Made by a program: the position numbers and the translations under genes. From positions 124,001 to 188,000 of the forward strand of contig CP158636.1 in assembly GCA_050273025.1 (NCBI GenBank): DNA of 64,000 nt. The letters are read 5' to 3'. Below, one piece after another: positions 52,901 through 64,000 of the stretch (the stretch's first letter is position 1; each line of letters starts with the position of its first letter). Source of the DNA: Cenococcum geophilum (taxonomy: Eukaryota). The notes under the pieces were generated by a model, which was not told the origin of the DNA, searched no databases, and saw nothing but the letters and a program-made list of their open reading frames with translations.

Positions 52901-54170
52901 TAGCGCATATAGGTATATTACTAGTATTAGTATTTATAGTTTACCACTTAGCGAAACTTAGGGGGTAGCTTAAGCTTTATTAACCCGCAAACGTGGTTAT
53001 TATTATTATCGCCTATATTAAATATTGCCGGACTAACGGCTATATCCTTAATTATTAATTACGGGTCTACTATATCCAGTTCTTCTTTATTATAGTTATC
53101 GTTACTATCTACTAGTAAGGCATTACTAAAGGCACCGCTTAGGTTTTAGTTAGAAGGCTTCTTAGAAGTCTTCTTCCTAGTACGCGATCGCCTTTTACCT
53201 AGGGTATCGTTTTCTAAACCCTTAAGCTTACGCTTATTTGCTTTATACTTGCATTTTATAACCCTAAAAGGAGCATTATATATATTAGCGCGCTTAAGAA
53301 TCAACCAGATGCGCTAGTTAGCTATATCCTTAGTTAGGCCTTTACTAAAGAGAAATCCTCCTTTCCTAAAGTAGAAGGTTTATCTTATTTTATACAGAAA
53401 ATTAGCGTAGTAGTTAATAGAGCTCCATCCGTCCTGTTCTCCTAATTAGGGATTAGAGAACTTCTAGTTACCGTAACACTCTCCCATAGATAGTATATGG
53501 ACGACCGTTTTTAGGTCAAATATACAGGGCTAAGATTTCTGCATATATATAGATACCTTATAAGCTAGCTAGAAGACAGCTTTATTAATAGCCTTAAATA
53601 TAGATATAAATAGTTCGTTCTCTATAATGTGGCTTAATTCTCAGATAAAGAGATTGCAGAAATTGGCCAGTTTGGGTAAGCTTTTAGCGATATTAGCATC
53701 CTTGCCCTCTTCGGTGTCTAGTGCTTCTACTATAGTTTTAATATCCTCTAGGTTAAAATCCTAAAGGAAGTCTGCGCTGTCTATATCCGAATTAGTAGGG
53801 TTAGTAGCCGCCGCGTTACCGCCTACAGTAATTGCTCTAGCAGCATCCATTATTAAATTGTCGATGCCGCCAAGTGCCTTATTAAAATCCCACTACAGGT
53901 CTAACGGCGGCGCGAAAAGAGAGCGTGCTAATAATAGTGATAACGTTACGGTTTTAGGTAGAGGACTATTTACAGAAGGCTTCCGTAAATATTCCTCTGG
54001 CGGTAACGTGCTTAACGCCATTAAAGGAGCCACCAGGCTTATATATTTATTCTTAGTAGTAAGCATAGCCATATTAGGATCGCGGGGCAAATTAACACCG
54101 TTCGCTAGGTTATTATCTATCTTAATTAACTAAGTATAATTTAACCAACTTTACGGCTTAATCTGTCTAT
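49960..54170 (-). pseudogene. SNF2-family (SF2) helicase/ATPase, RIP-inactivated
   Basis: Minus-strand motifs in order: I, RGIIL(A)D.V(G)LGKT ~52490-52447; Ia, KPFLVVVP..LI.(Q)(W)..EL.RF ~52255-52190; II, LL(D)(E)A(H)YVRN ~51870-51840; III, LYSATPL ~51785; IV, KKAII ~51020; V/VI, VLIASY.VNSTGLNL..(Q)VIGR...LG ~50860-50720. Lys-rich C-terminus. N-terminal limit uncertain. Confidence 0.85.
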
Positions 54171-55029
54171 GGTTAGTATTATACGCAGCCTTAATAATAA
54201 TAAAAAAGGCAAGGGTCTAGTAAGACTTATAAGAGGAAATCTAGAAAGGCTTCTAAAAAAGACTAAAGTGGCTAGAGTAGATACGGCATAAAGCCGCCTG
54301 GACGCGTATTAGGCTAAAAGTGTAGTATTAGCAGTATAAATGGTTACTTAAACAATAAAATCCAAAATCTAAAATCCAAAATCTAAAATGCTGGGTTGGG
54401 AATAGCCAAATTAGTTAACTTAAAGAATGCAAATTTAAGTTAAAAGTAGTTAAAGATTTAGAAGTTTAGGTTTATGGACCTCTTAAGATTCTAATTTAGA
54501 CTAGCGAGTTTATATAATCGCCAAGCCTTTAGCTTTTTTATTTATTTAAGTTATAAATTTCTATAAATATACTATGTAAATTAGGCGTAGGATTGCGATA
54601 TTTATATATAAATGTTGCGCTATACGCTTATAAAGTAGTTTAGCGAAAATCCCGGGGTTACGCGCTAGCCTATTTACGTAATACGCAACGCTTAGGCCTA
54701 TACGCCTTATAGACTTTTAGGAACTTCACTTTATATACACCTTTATTAAATAACGTTGTATACTAGGACTATTTCTTAAAAGGCTTTTTAAATATTGCCT
54801 TATATATTACTACCTAGTAAGTACTTAGTTAAGGTTTATAAAAGCATCTATATTTTCTATAAGTTGCGCTATAGTAAGGAATAGTAGAACGGATTCCTTT
54901 TAAGCATTACCACCGCCTAGATCTCCTATTAGTTGCTACTTAGCTAGGCCGTAGTAGCGTATATAGCCGAAGCTTATAATAGCTAAGTAATTTCCCTATA
55001 CTCTAACCCCTAAAATCCTTAGACCGTAT

Positions 55030-55570
55030 AATATTAAACACCCCTAGTGCTAAACCCCCTAATGCTAAACGCTAGCCAAAACGTATAATTCTTAAACTTT
55101 AAGTAAATAAATTTACTAGTTGGGACTATTCTAAGTACATTAATGCCATTAAGGTATATCTTGCCTTTGCAGGACGTTTAACTAATGATTTAAAATTCTA
55201 AAAACACTACGCCTATATTAAGCTGTTTTAAGCCCTAAATATAAACTAGATTTTATTCTATATTACTATAGATATAGAAAAAGATACGCCTAACCCCCTA
55301 ACTATCTAGGAGCTACTATATAAGATATATCGCGTCCGTTATAATAAGGAGGGAAAGTTATAAGGCCAGTATTCCCTCTTCTATAAATTAGCTAACTTAG
55401 TATATAGCCAAGTAAAACAAATTCAGAACATTATTAAGGAAAAGAATTACCTAACTCGGATACGCAAGTATAGTAATGTTTTATACCCTTAGGCAAAGTA
55501 GCCATATTAAAGGTTAGATTCGGATTTTAGACTAGTTTTGGCCTTATTCTAAAACCTATTTAAACTACTT
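55030..55570 (+). pseudogene. Unknown ~150-aa protein, paralogue 1 of 3
   Basis: Reading KR(W)PKRIIL.L(Q)VN.FT.WD..AI..YLAFAGRLT.DL.F.KHYA.I..ILF.IT.DIEKD, shared with 58520-59000 and 60540-61080. Confidence 0.55.
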
Positions 55571-56519
55571 ATATTACTAGGGCAAAGTAATAAATTAATA
55601 TTGTACTACGGTTAGGCCGCTAGCTAGGGGGACTTTTAAGAAGGCTTCTAAAAAACTGCCTTAATTTACTATCTACTCTCTATATTACTGTTTACCTTTA
55701 CCGTCTATAATACCATTTTAGACCTTTATTAAGGTAGCAATCCCTTAGCTTAGCTAACGCCTTAGTGGCTAGCCTATATTTTTTTAAAATAAGTAGTACT
55801 TCCCTACCCCTAATGCTATGTAGTCTAGTGTCATATAATGTTACTAAGGTAGCGCTTTATCGGGCAGTAGTAATATAAACTATTTATATAGTACGGCCTT
55901 AGTCCTTATAAGCACCCTATTAAGGCTATACTATCTTTTTTAACGCCGCCTAGATCTTACTCTAATTTGTTCTCTTTAAAATATATAAGTAACGCTGCCA
56001 TTATTACTAGGATTGTGGTTATCTCTATCCCTATTATTATATTAGATATTTAGTAGCTCTTATACGCCCTAACTAAGAAGTTTATGTGCTTGTAAGTGGA
56101 TTATATATTAACCTTCTTATTATACGCTTAATTAATTAAGCGTTATACTAAATTCTTTACTAAATAATAAGACTTTTAATTAGTTTATTCATTCCTACCT
56201 ACACTACCTCTAAATACTTGCCCTTTAATGGTGTTTAGGGGAAGTAGATATAGTATATATATTAAACCCATATCTAATATTATTAAAGATTAACTTTTAT
56301 CTAATGTCTATTTGCATATTTTACCTTAGGGTGGAAATTTTATAAGCTAACACGTGTTTTTTAGGGAAAGGGCTGTTTTAGTTATTATGAACTTCTTTAT
56401 TTAGTAGTCCTACGGAGTGTTTATAAACGCCTCTATATCTTAAAAATAATTTATAAAATTGTTTAAGAAAGATTTACCTAGTCCTAAAAATCATATATAA
56501 GTTCCTCTTTATTAATTAT

Positions 56520-57080
56520 TTTTAGGCCTTTATAAGTCTGTCCAAATAAAAGGCCCTTCTCTATATAATCCCACTAATAATGCCGTAGATGTCTTGGCCC
56601 GGTACCCGCGTAATAGGCGCCTGCCCCCCTATACTAAGACTAATCCTTACTAATCTTTAAATTAGTTAAAGGACCCATCTACTCTTTATCTATTAGCCTA
56701 TTATCCTTTTAGGCTAACTCGTTAACGATAGGTAATGACGGATCTTGCGTAGGAGCTTTTAGCTCCCCATCTATATCTAATTTCCTATATTTAGATTTTA
56801 TATTGTTCTTTTCATGTTTTCCCTTTCTCTTATTAGCATTATATTCTGACTCCGCCTTATATAGACGTGCCTTTAGCATAAGTCTATTATCCTCTACTTA
56901 AAATCCGTATTAGGGTTCTATTCTAATTCCGTATTTAACGACATTATTAGGGATCATCTATACGCCTAGGGCAGTATAAGAATCGCGAATAAGATCCAGA
57001 TATTGCGATACCTTAGGAAGATTGTTGGCAATGTACGTAAATGCTAGGAAGAGAAATTCTTAAATATCTTAAGCTGTTTC
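56520..57080 (-). pseudogene. Possible RIP-degraded gene, unknown function
   Basis: Minus-strand FLAFTYIANNLPKVSQYLDLIRDSYTALGV..RLMLKARLYKAESEY reading. Confidence 0.3.
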
Positions 57081-58519
57081 TAATATTAATTAAAAAAATA
57101 GTAGTAGTATTATAGGTCCTAAAGTATAAGAAGGCAATAATTAATATACCTCCTATATTATAATACCTTAGGAAATAGGCTTAAAAGGTAAAATAATATA
57201 TAATATTTACAAAAAAAAAACCTATTTAAAAAGATTTATTACTTAGTCTATAAGTATAAAAGTAAATATACTATATTTTATATTAATTTTCTATTTTAAT
57301 TTATTAGCTTATTTTATTAAGTTTTAATAACCTTAACTAGAGTTATAAATAACTTTTATAATAGCACTAAATATATAAAATATTAGGTATTTTATATAAA
57401 CTTTAATCTAAGTTTAAAAGCTTTAACTTAGAGCCTTATATATAAAGTTTAATTAATATATTAATATATATATATATTGGGATACTTTAACATAGTGCAA
57501 TAGACGTAGTGTACGTATAGTGCGGTGTATAGTTAGATTCTTTTATTCTATTTTATAAAAAGGGGGAGTGTATATAGAGCTAATTGCTAAGGCGCTAGTA
57601 GTGGTTAAGCTAACAGTAAAGTAGGGCGGTAGAACAGCAATATGCGGTATATTACGGCAATATCGCCGCAATATACCGAATATTATAGAATATTATACCA
57701 ACAATATATAAGGTTTTTTAAAAGAAACCCCTTAAAACCCCTCTTTATAGAGCTTTTACTTTATTTATTATTAAGTAATATTATTTTATTAAAAAGATCT
57801 ATTATAGTAACTAAAGTACCCTATTTAAGTTAGGCTTAATTTAAAAGTAATATAAAATCTAATTAATATTATTATATATATAAGGCTTTCTAAAAAAAGA
57901 CTTCTTAAACCCCTTTATAAAGCTTTTAAAAGTAATAATAAAGCTAAAGTGCCTTAATTACTACTAGATAGTATTATTTTATTAAAATATACTTTTATTA
58001 TATTATACTATAAGGGCTATTTTATAATAAAGGGTAAGCTTTAGGTAAAGGCTTATATAAAGCTTTAATAGAGCTTTATATAGAGCTTTTATAGGGCTTT
58101 ATTAAAGCTTAATATATAGCATTTTAAAAGTATAGACTACTTATACTTTATAATATTTTAATATTTATTATATAGATTCTGCTATAACTTATTATATATA
58201 AGTTTTTTTTTAACTAATTAAAAGCTAACTTAGTAGGGGTTTAAATTCTAGTATCTAAATATATAGATTATTTATACCTTAAATTAATAAAGGGGTTATA
58301 TAACCTATGCTAATAGTTAGTTAATTTAAACTTATATAGATATCCTATTATTAGTTTATAATAAGTATCTATTAGTTCTATAGGCAAACTAATCTTATTA
58401 CCACCTATATCTCCTATTAGTTGCTATTTAGCTTAGCTATAATAATATATATAAGATAGCTAACGCTTTTAACGGCTAAGCAATTTCTCTATACTTCTAA
58501 CTACTTAAAATCCTAAATA

Positions 58520-59000
58520 ACTAGAGGCCAGTACCTCCTAATCTATATATTATATAATATTAAATCTCCTTAGTGCTAAACGCTAGCCAAAACGTATAAT
58601 TCTTAGACTTTAAGTAAATGATTTTACTGGTTGGGACCCTTCTAAGCACACTAACGCTATTAAGGCATATATTGCTTTTACAGGACGTTTAACCAATAGT
58701 TTAGAATTTAGGAAACACTACGCCTATATTAAGCCGTTTTAAGCTATAGAGCTAAATTAGATCTTATTTTATATCACTATAGATATAAAGAAAGACTTAT
58801 CTAATCCCTTAGCTATTTAGGAGCTACCGCATAATATATATCGCATCCGTCGTAATAAGGAGGTATAGCCAAGTAAAACGAACTAAGAACGTTGAGGAAA
58901 AGAATTACCTAACTTAGATACGTAAGTATAGTAATATTCTATACCTTTAGGCAAAGCAGCCATATTAAAGGTTTAATTTAGATTTTAGACTTTAGAATTA
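58520..59000 (+). pseudogene. Unknown ~150-aa protein, paralogue 2 of 3 (internal deletion)
   Basis: Colinear with 55030-55570 but lacks about 50 bp after AATAAGGAGG (~58863). Confidence 0.55.
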
Positions 59001-59430
59001 ATCTAAACCGCTTACATTACTAGGGCAAAGTAATATTAATATTATACTACGATTGGGCCGTCGGCTAGGGGAACTTTTAGGAAGGCTTTTAAAAAACTGC
59101 CTTAACTATTACTACCTTAACCATCTAAACTAACGTAGTGGCAAATATTGTTGTTTTAAATACCGTTTAAAAAAAACTTTATTAAGGTAGTAAATCCTTT
59201 AGCTAATCTATACAGACTTATTATACAGGACTTACCTAGCGTTGCTTAATTATTTTAGTAAACTAAATTAACTTAAGTAATAATCTAAGAACCTCTAATT
59301 AATCGGCGTTTGCTTTTACTGCCCGCTTAGTCCTATGCCCTTATAGACTTTTAGGAACTTTACTTTATATACACCCTTCTATTAGTTATAGGCATTACAT
59401 TATATATAAAGACTATTTCTTAAAAGGGTT

Positions 59431-59570
59431 TATTAACGAAGATCTAAAGTTAAGGAAAAGGAAAGGAGAGGACAAGTAGCACCGCTTAAAGATTTATACG
59501 ATCTTTAAGTTATATAACCGCAACCTATAGTAATCTGCTATAATCTGCCGTAATTTGCCAATATTATAAC
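59431..59570 (-). mobile_element. Partial solo LTR (40321-48849 LTR family)
   Basis: Reverse complement of 15605-15680 (AGATCTAAAG..GGAAAAGGAAAGGAGAGGACAAGT..CCGCTT); ends TATAACA. Confidence 0.7.
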
Positions 59571-60539
59571 ACCTAGAGGTTGCGCTATAGTAGAAATTAG
59601 TAGAACGAGTTTCTCTTAAGTACTAAATATTGCCTTTATTACCTCCATTATATACATTTTTTTTAAGTGAGTAGTACTCTTTTACCCCTAATACTATGTG
59701 GCCTAGTGTCGTATAATACCACTAAGGTAGCGCCTTATTAGGTAGTAACGATACCTAACTCTATAAACCCTTTATATAGTGCGGCGTTAGTCCTTATAAA
59801 TACCTTACTATTCTTCTTAATACCCCCTAAATCTTACCTTAATTTATTCTCTTTAAAATATACAAGTAACGTTGCTATTATTATTAAGGGTGTGACCATC
59901 TGAATGCCTATAATTATGTTAAATATTCGGTGGCTTTTACACACCCTAACTGAACCCTTTATATGCCTATAAGTGGATCTATTTAAAATCTTCTACGAGC
60001 CCTTAATATATAAGACTAAGACTTAGCTAGTTTATATCTACTTTATTCTAGCCTAACTCCTCTAAACTCTTAGGGTTTGTAGTAATTATGTCTAAATATA
60101 TACTTAGCAATAGGTATAACTAAGGATTAGGTATAACGTATATAACTTTAGCACTAAGGACTTAATAGATAGCTGGCCCGGTTTAGGTAAGAGTTATAAT
60201 AGTAGTAGTATTATAGGTTTATAAGGCCTAGAGTATACAATTACAATAATTAATACACCTCCTACCTTATAATACCTTAGGAGATAGGCTTAAAGGGTAA
60301 AGTAGGATGCGATAATTGCTAGGGAACTGTTTAAAAAGAATCGTTACTTGCACTTATACAGACACCCTATTATTAATTTGTAATAGGTGTCTATTAGTCC
60401 TATAAGTAAACTAATCTTACTACCGCCTAAGTCTCCTATTGGTTGCTATTTGGCTAGGCTATTATAGAGTGCACGTGCGTAAGGTAGCCGAAGCTTCTAA
60501 TAGCTAAGTAATTTCCCTATGCTTAAAATCCCAAATAAC

Positions 60540-61080
60540 TAGAGGCTAACCCCTAATCTATATATTATATAATGTTAAACCCCCCTAGTGCTAAACACTA
60601 GCCAAAACGTGTAATTTTTAGACTTTAAGTAAATGAATTTACTAGTTGGGACCCTTTTAAGTACACTAACGCCATTAAGGCATATCTTACCTTTGTAGGA
60701 CGTTTAACCGATAATTTAGAATTTAGGAAACACTACTCCTATATTAAGCTGTTTTAAGCCCTAAAGGTAAACTAAACCTTATTTTATATTACTATGGATA
60801 TAGAGACAGACTTAGCCAACTCCCTAAATATCTAGGAGCTACTATATAAGATATATCGCGTCCGTTATAATAAGGAGGGGAAGTTATAAGGCTAGTACTC
60901 CCTCTTTTATAAATTAGCTAACTTAGTATATAGCTAAGTAAAGCGAATTTAGAACGTTATTAAGGAAAATAATTACTTAACTTGGATACGTAAGTATACT
61001 AATATTTTATTACCTTAGGCAAAGTAGTGATATTAAAGGTTCGATTTAAATTCTAGACTGGTTTTAGCCTTATTTTTATA
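60540..61080 (+). pseudogene. Unknown ~150-aa protein, paralogue 3 of 3
   Basis: Colinear with 55030-55570. Confidence 0.55.
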
Positions 61081-62660
61081 ACTAATCTAAACCGCTTATA
61101 TTACTAGGGCAAAGTAATATATTAATATTATACTATGGTTGGGCCGTTAGCTAGGGGAACTTTTAGGAAGGCTTTTAAAAAACTGCCTTAACTATCTAAA
61201 GTGACGTAGTAGTAAATATTGTTGTTGTTTATGGTCCGTAATACTATTTACTAGCCTATTTTTATAATACTTAATACTTAAACCCCTACGTCTTATAGAC
61301 TTTTAGGAAACTTTACTTTATAGGTTATATACTAGGACCATTTCTTAGAAGGCTTTCTAAATATTGCTTTATATATTGCTACCTAGCGAGTACTTAGTAT
61401 AGTCTGTATAATATATACGCAGGTAGGTTCTAAGGTAAGTTAGTAGTATCCCTAATTTATAAGATATATAAATAAGTACGCCGGAATTAGGGAGATAGTT
61501 AAAAAGATCTATAAGTAGGGATAAAAGACAATGTAGTATAGCTGGGGGGGGAGAGGAAAGAGGTTATATATAAATGGATTTATATTGCGTTTTTAAAGCG
61601 TTTTATAATGCCTTCTATATTATAATTTTATTCTTCTCTATTCTTTTTTCCTTTTTGTTCCCTATCTTAGGGGGCTAGAGTATATAAGCTAGAGAGAAGA
61701 GAGAGGCTAAGAGTTAGTACGTTAGGTTATGGCCGAAATTAGGCATTTAGCGCTGCTAAATTCCGGTATATTAACACTTTTAGTAGAAAGGCGATGTTCT
61801 TTTAACCGCCCGGCTAGATGCCTAGTAAAATAGATTTAAGGGTAAAAATGTTTTTAGTATATTCCTAGGCCAACCTTATATAAATAATTTATAAATTTTA
61901 GCATTCTAAATCCTCTAAAGTAAGAATAGTAGTTCTTTAATAACTTAAATTTTATTAGAATTATACAGTATATATTAAGACGTTATCGCTTAATTTTGCT
62001 ATATAGCCATCTATAAATAAAGGGGAGAAGATCCGCTTTAATTTAAGCATTATATAAAATATATAAATGTCCTACTAGGCGGTCCTCTTTATCCTCCGCT
62101 ATAAGACCGTAAATATATCCTTTAAGAAGATGATAACAGTATTAACTATCCTAAATGCTAAGGGGAGACGCTACCTAAAACTCCCTAGGAGTATATAACT
62201 TCTAGCTTAGGGTAATAGTAAGAATTATAGAGACACGGATAAACACATCCTATATTAATATTAGATATTAACGCACTTTATAGTGTTTATGTTAATAGAG
62301 TTAAGAGCTATTCTAATCTCCCTTACTGCTAGCTGCTTATTTATTTATGCCTAAGAACTTTTAAGCTTATCTTTATTGTTATAATATATTAAGTTTTAGT
62401 TTCGCTACTAATTCTTACTCCTGTCTCCCTTCCTAATAGAAAGTATAATAGTACGCTTTTACTTTCTTAATATAACATTCTTAAGGGATAAATAGCCTGT
62501 TATAATATATTAGCCCGTTATAGATAAATATAATAACCGGTTAATATACTATTAGTTTTCTTGTTAAGATACTAAGTATACTATATATAGAAGAGAAAGT
62601 ACTTCGTCTCTACTTAGGTGGCTTTAAATGTTAAGGTTTAAAACAAACTACTTTTATATA

Positions 62661-63824
62661 ATAATAATAATAATAATAATAATTCATTGCTTAACGTCCG
62701 ATTTAGATCCCTGTTGGGCCCACGCGGACTACTCCTTATTTACATATGGGGAGAAAACTCTATTTAAGAAAAATGAGAAAACCCCGTGATCCATCTCCCC
62801 GCCTTTTGGGACTCGCCTACTTAGCGCCTGCGAGTCGCCTATGGTGCTCTACTACCTTACTGTTTGACCTCCTTAGGAACCACTGCTGCCGTAACAAGCC
62901 TACGGACGCGCTAGTATCACAAACTATTACTCTACTACTGTAGAGTTACTAGGGGGCACCTACTGCTCGCCCCCTTGCCTTTTATTACCATTTCCCTTGC
63001 AACCCGGAACTGATTTAGCACATTTTAACTAATAAGCCACTGGGTGACCGCCTTAAGGCCTTTTTATATTGAGAGCAGTGTATTATAGTTCTCTGTGCCA
63101 GCTACTGAGAGCATTATTTCTTAATTGGTGCGTAGGGGGCATAGCAGTATTACGTGTTTTGGTGTCTGTCTTAGCTAGCCACATTCGCATCTTGGGCTAC
63201 CTACTGGGACACCCACCCAGTAAAGCCAATCTTTTAGTCCTATTATTCCTGTTCTTAAGAGTGTTGCTATTATGTTTTCTGCCTTTATTAGGCCTTCTCG
63301 GAGCCCTTAGGTATTTACCCCCCATAGCATTAACCATGCTATGGCTTGGGTTTGTCTTGCCTAAGTCAGCCTCTGTACCTTTGACTCCCATTCACCTCTC
63401 CAGCGTTGGTCCAACCAGTATTGCATTACGGTAGATGGTTTCCCGGCATTCTTGCGTGTTCTACTTTGGCTCCTTTCTCTGTCTTACTGTTATCTTTACT
63501 GACCTCTTGCGCGTCTCCCTTCCTCCTCTATATAGGCCTGGGCCCTAAAGCAGCACCATTCTTCTTCTGCTTTCTTTACCTGTTTCTCTAATATCTCTTC
63601 CCTACTTTGGAGTTGTTGGTTTGTTCTCCTACGGGGCACCCTAGGGTCCCTCCATAGTTTACTTAGGCGTGTCTTAATGTACTTTGTGACATTAGAGTTG
63701 CGTTCATTTTGCGTCCTTTGCATTGCAGCGGCTTTAATATGTAACTGTAGGGGGGGAATATTGGATTCCTTCTCAAGCAGTGCTGTGGCCGTTCGCTTGT
63801 ACCCGCCTGTAATACTCCGGAGGC
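62661..63824 (-). mobile_element. 5'-truncated Tad1-like LINE without RNase H, lightly RIP-mutated
   Basis: Minus-strand CLRSITGGYKRTATALLEKESNIPPLQLHI and zinc knuckle CECG(W).RQTPKHVILLCP (~63190-63135); (TTA)n tail at 62661-62682; 15-bp TSD AACTACTTTTATATA at 62646-62660 and 63825-63839. Confidence 0.92.
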
Positions 63825-64000
63825 AACTACTTTTATATAGGTTTATCCGTATTAAAATACGGAGGTATATATATATAGTTATAAGCTAAAAGCTGCGGTT
63901 TATAATAGTATTACTAGTTAAGGAATTAACGATAGAATATATCTGTAAGAGTATTATAACGGTTTTAAGGGTATCTAGGTAGGTCCGTTATATAGATCTA

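Noticed and set aside
1..61400. Endogenous large DNA virus
   Set aside because: No capsid, packaging ATPase or viral DNA polymerase was recognised, and several genes have spliceosomal introns and fungal-type sequences.
62746..63889. Cluster of short ORFs as host genes
   Set aside because: They are antisense or off-frame readings of the LINE; 63496-63723 is a LINE ORF2 fragment.
1..64000. Alternative genetic code with TAA/TAG read as sense
   Set aside because: Stops replace both Gln and Trp and occur alongside D>N, G>R/S, H>Y and E>K changes. That pattern is C>T/G>A hypermutation, not codon reassignment.
1..64000. Firm call of a Starship element
   Set aside because: No DUF3435 tyrosine recombinase 'captain' and no element ends were recognised in this window, so it is kept as a hypothesis only.

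Overview
Eukaryotic DNA, most likely from a filamentous ascomycete (Pezizomycotina), heavily degraded by repeat-induced point mutation (RIP). It is AT-rich with TpA excess, and stop codons fall where Gln or Trp are expected. I found no intact protein-coding gene; the ORF track is mostly fragments or repeat artefacts. Manual 'de-RIP' reading shows two layers. (1) A backbone of dead genes, several with introns: an Hst4-like sirtuin, a Zn-finger+JmjC protein, a Crinkler-like SAM/P-loop NTPase/restriction-nuclease-fold protein, an SNF2 helicase and several unknown fungal proteins. (2) Nested insertions, most with readable target-site duplications (TSDs): two full-length chromodomain Gypsy elements, two 5'-truncated Tad1-like LINEs, several solo LTRs, a TRIM and a probable non-autonomous CACTA element. 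The most striking unexplained structure is two dispersed palindromes that split the backbone. Palindrome A, TTT(T/C)GGCATG-N4/5-CATGCC(A/G)AAA, occurs only at 1-28 kb, including as a 60-bp tandem array. Palindrome B, TTTTCGGAAG-C-CTTCCGAAAA, occurs only at 29-61.4 kb. A satellite block lies at the switch. I infer relics of one or two large multi-copy, cargo-carrying mobile regions (Starship-like or new) enriched in chromatin-modifier genes, although no mobilising recombinase is visible. All translations and motif counts were done by eye, and gene boundaries are approximate.
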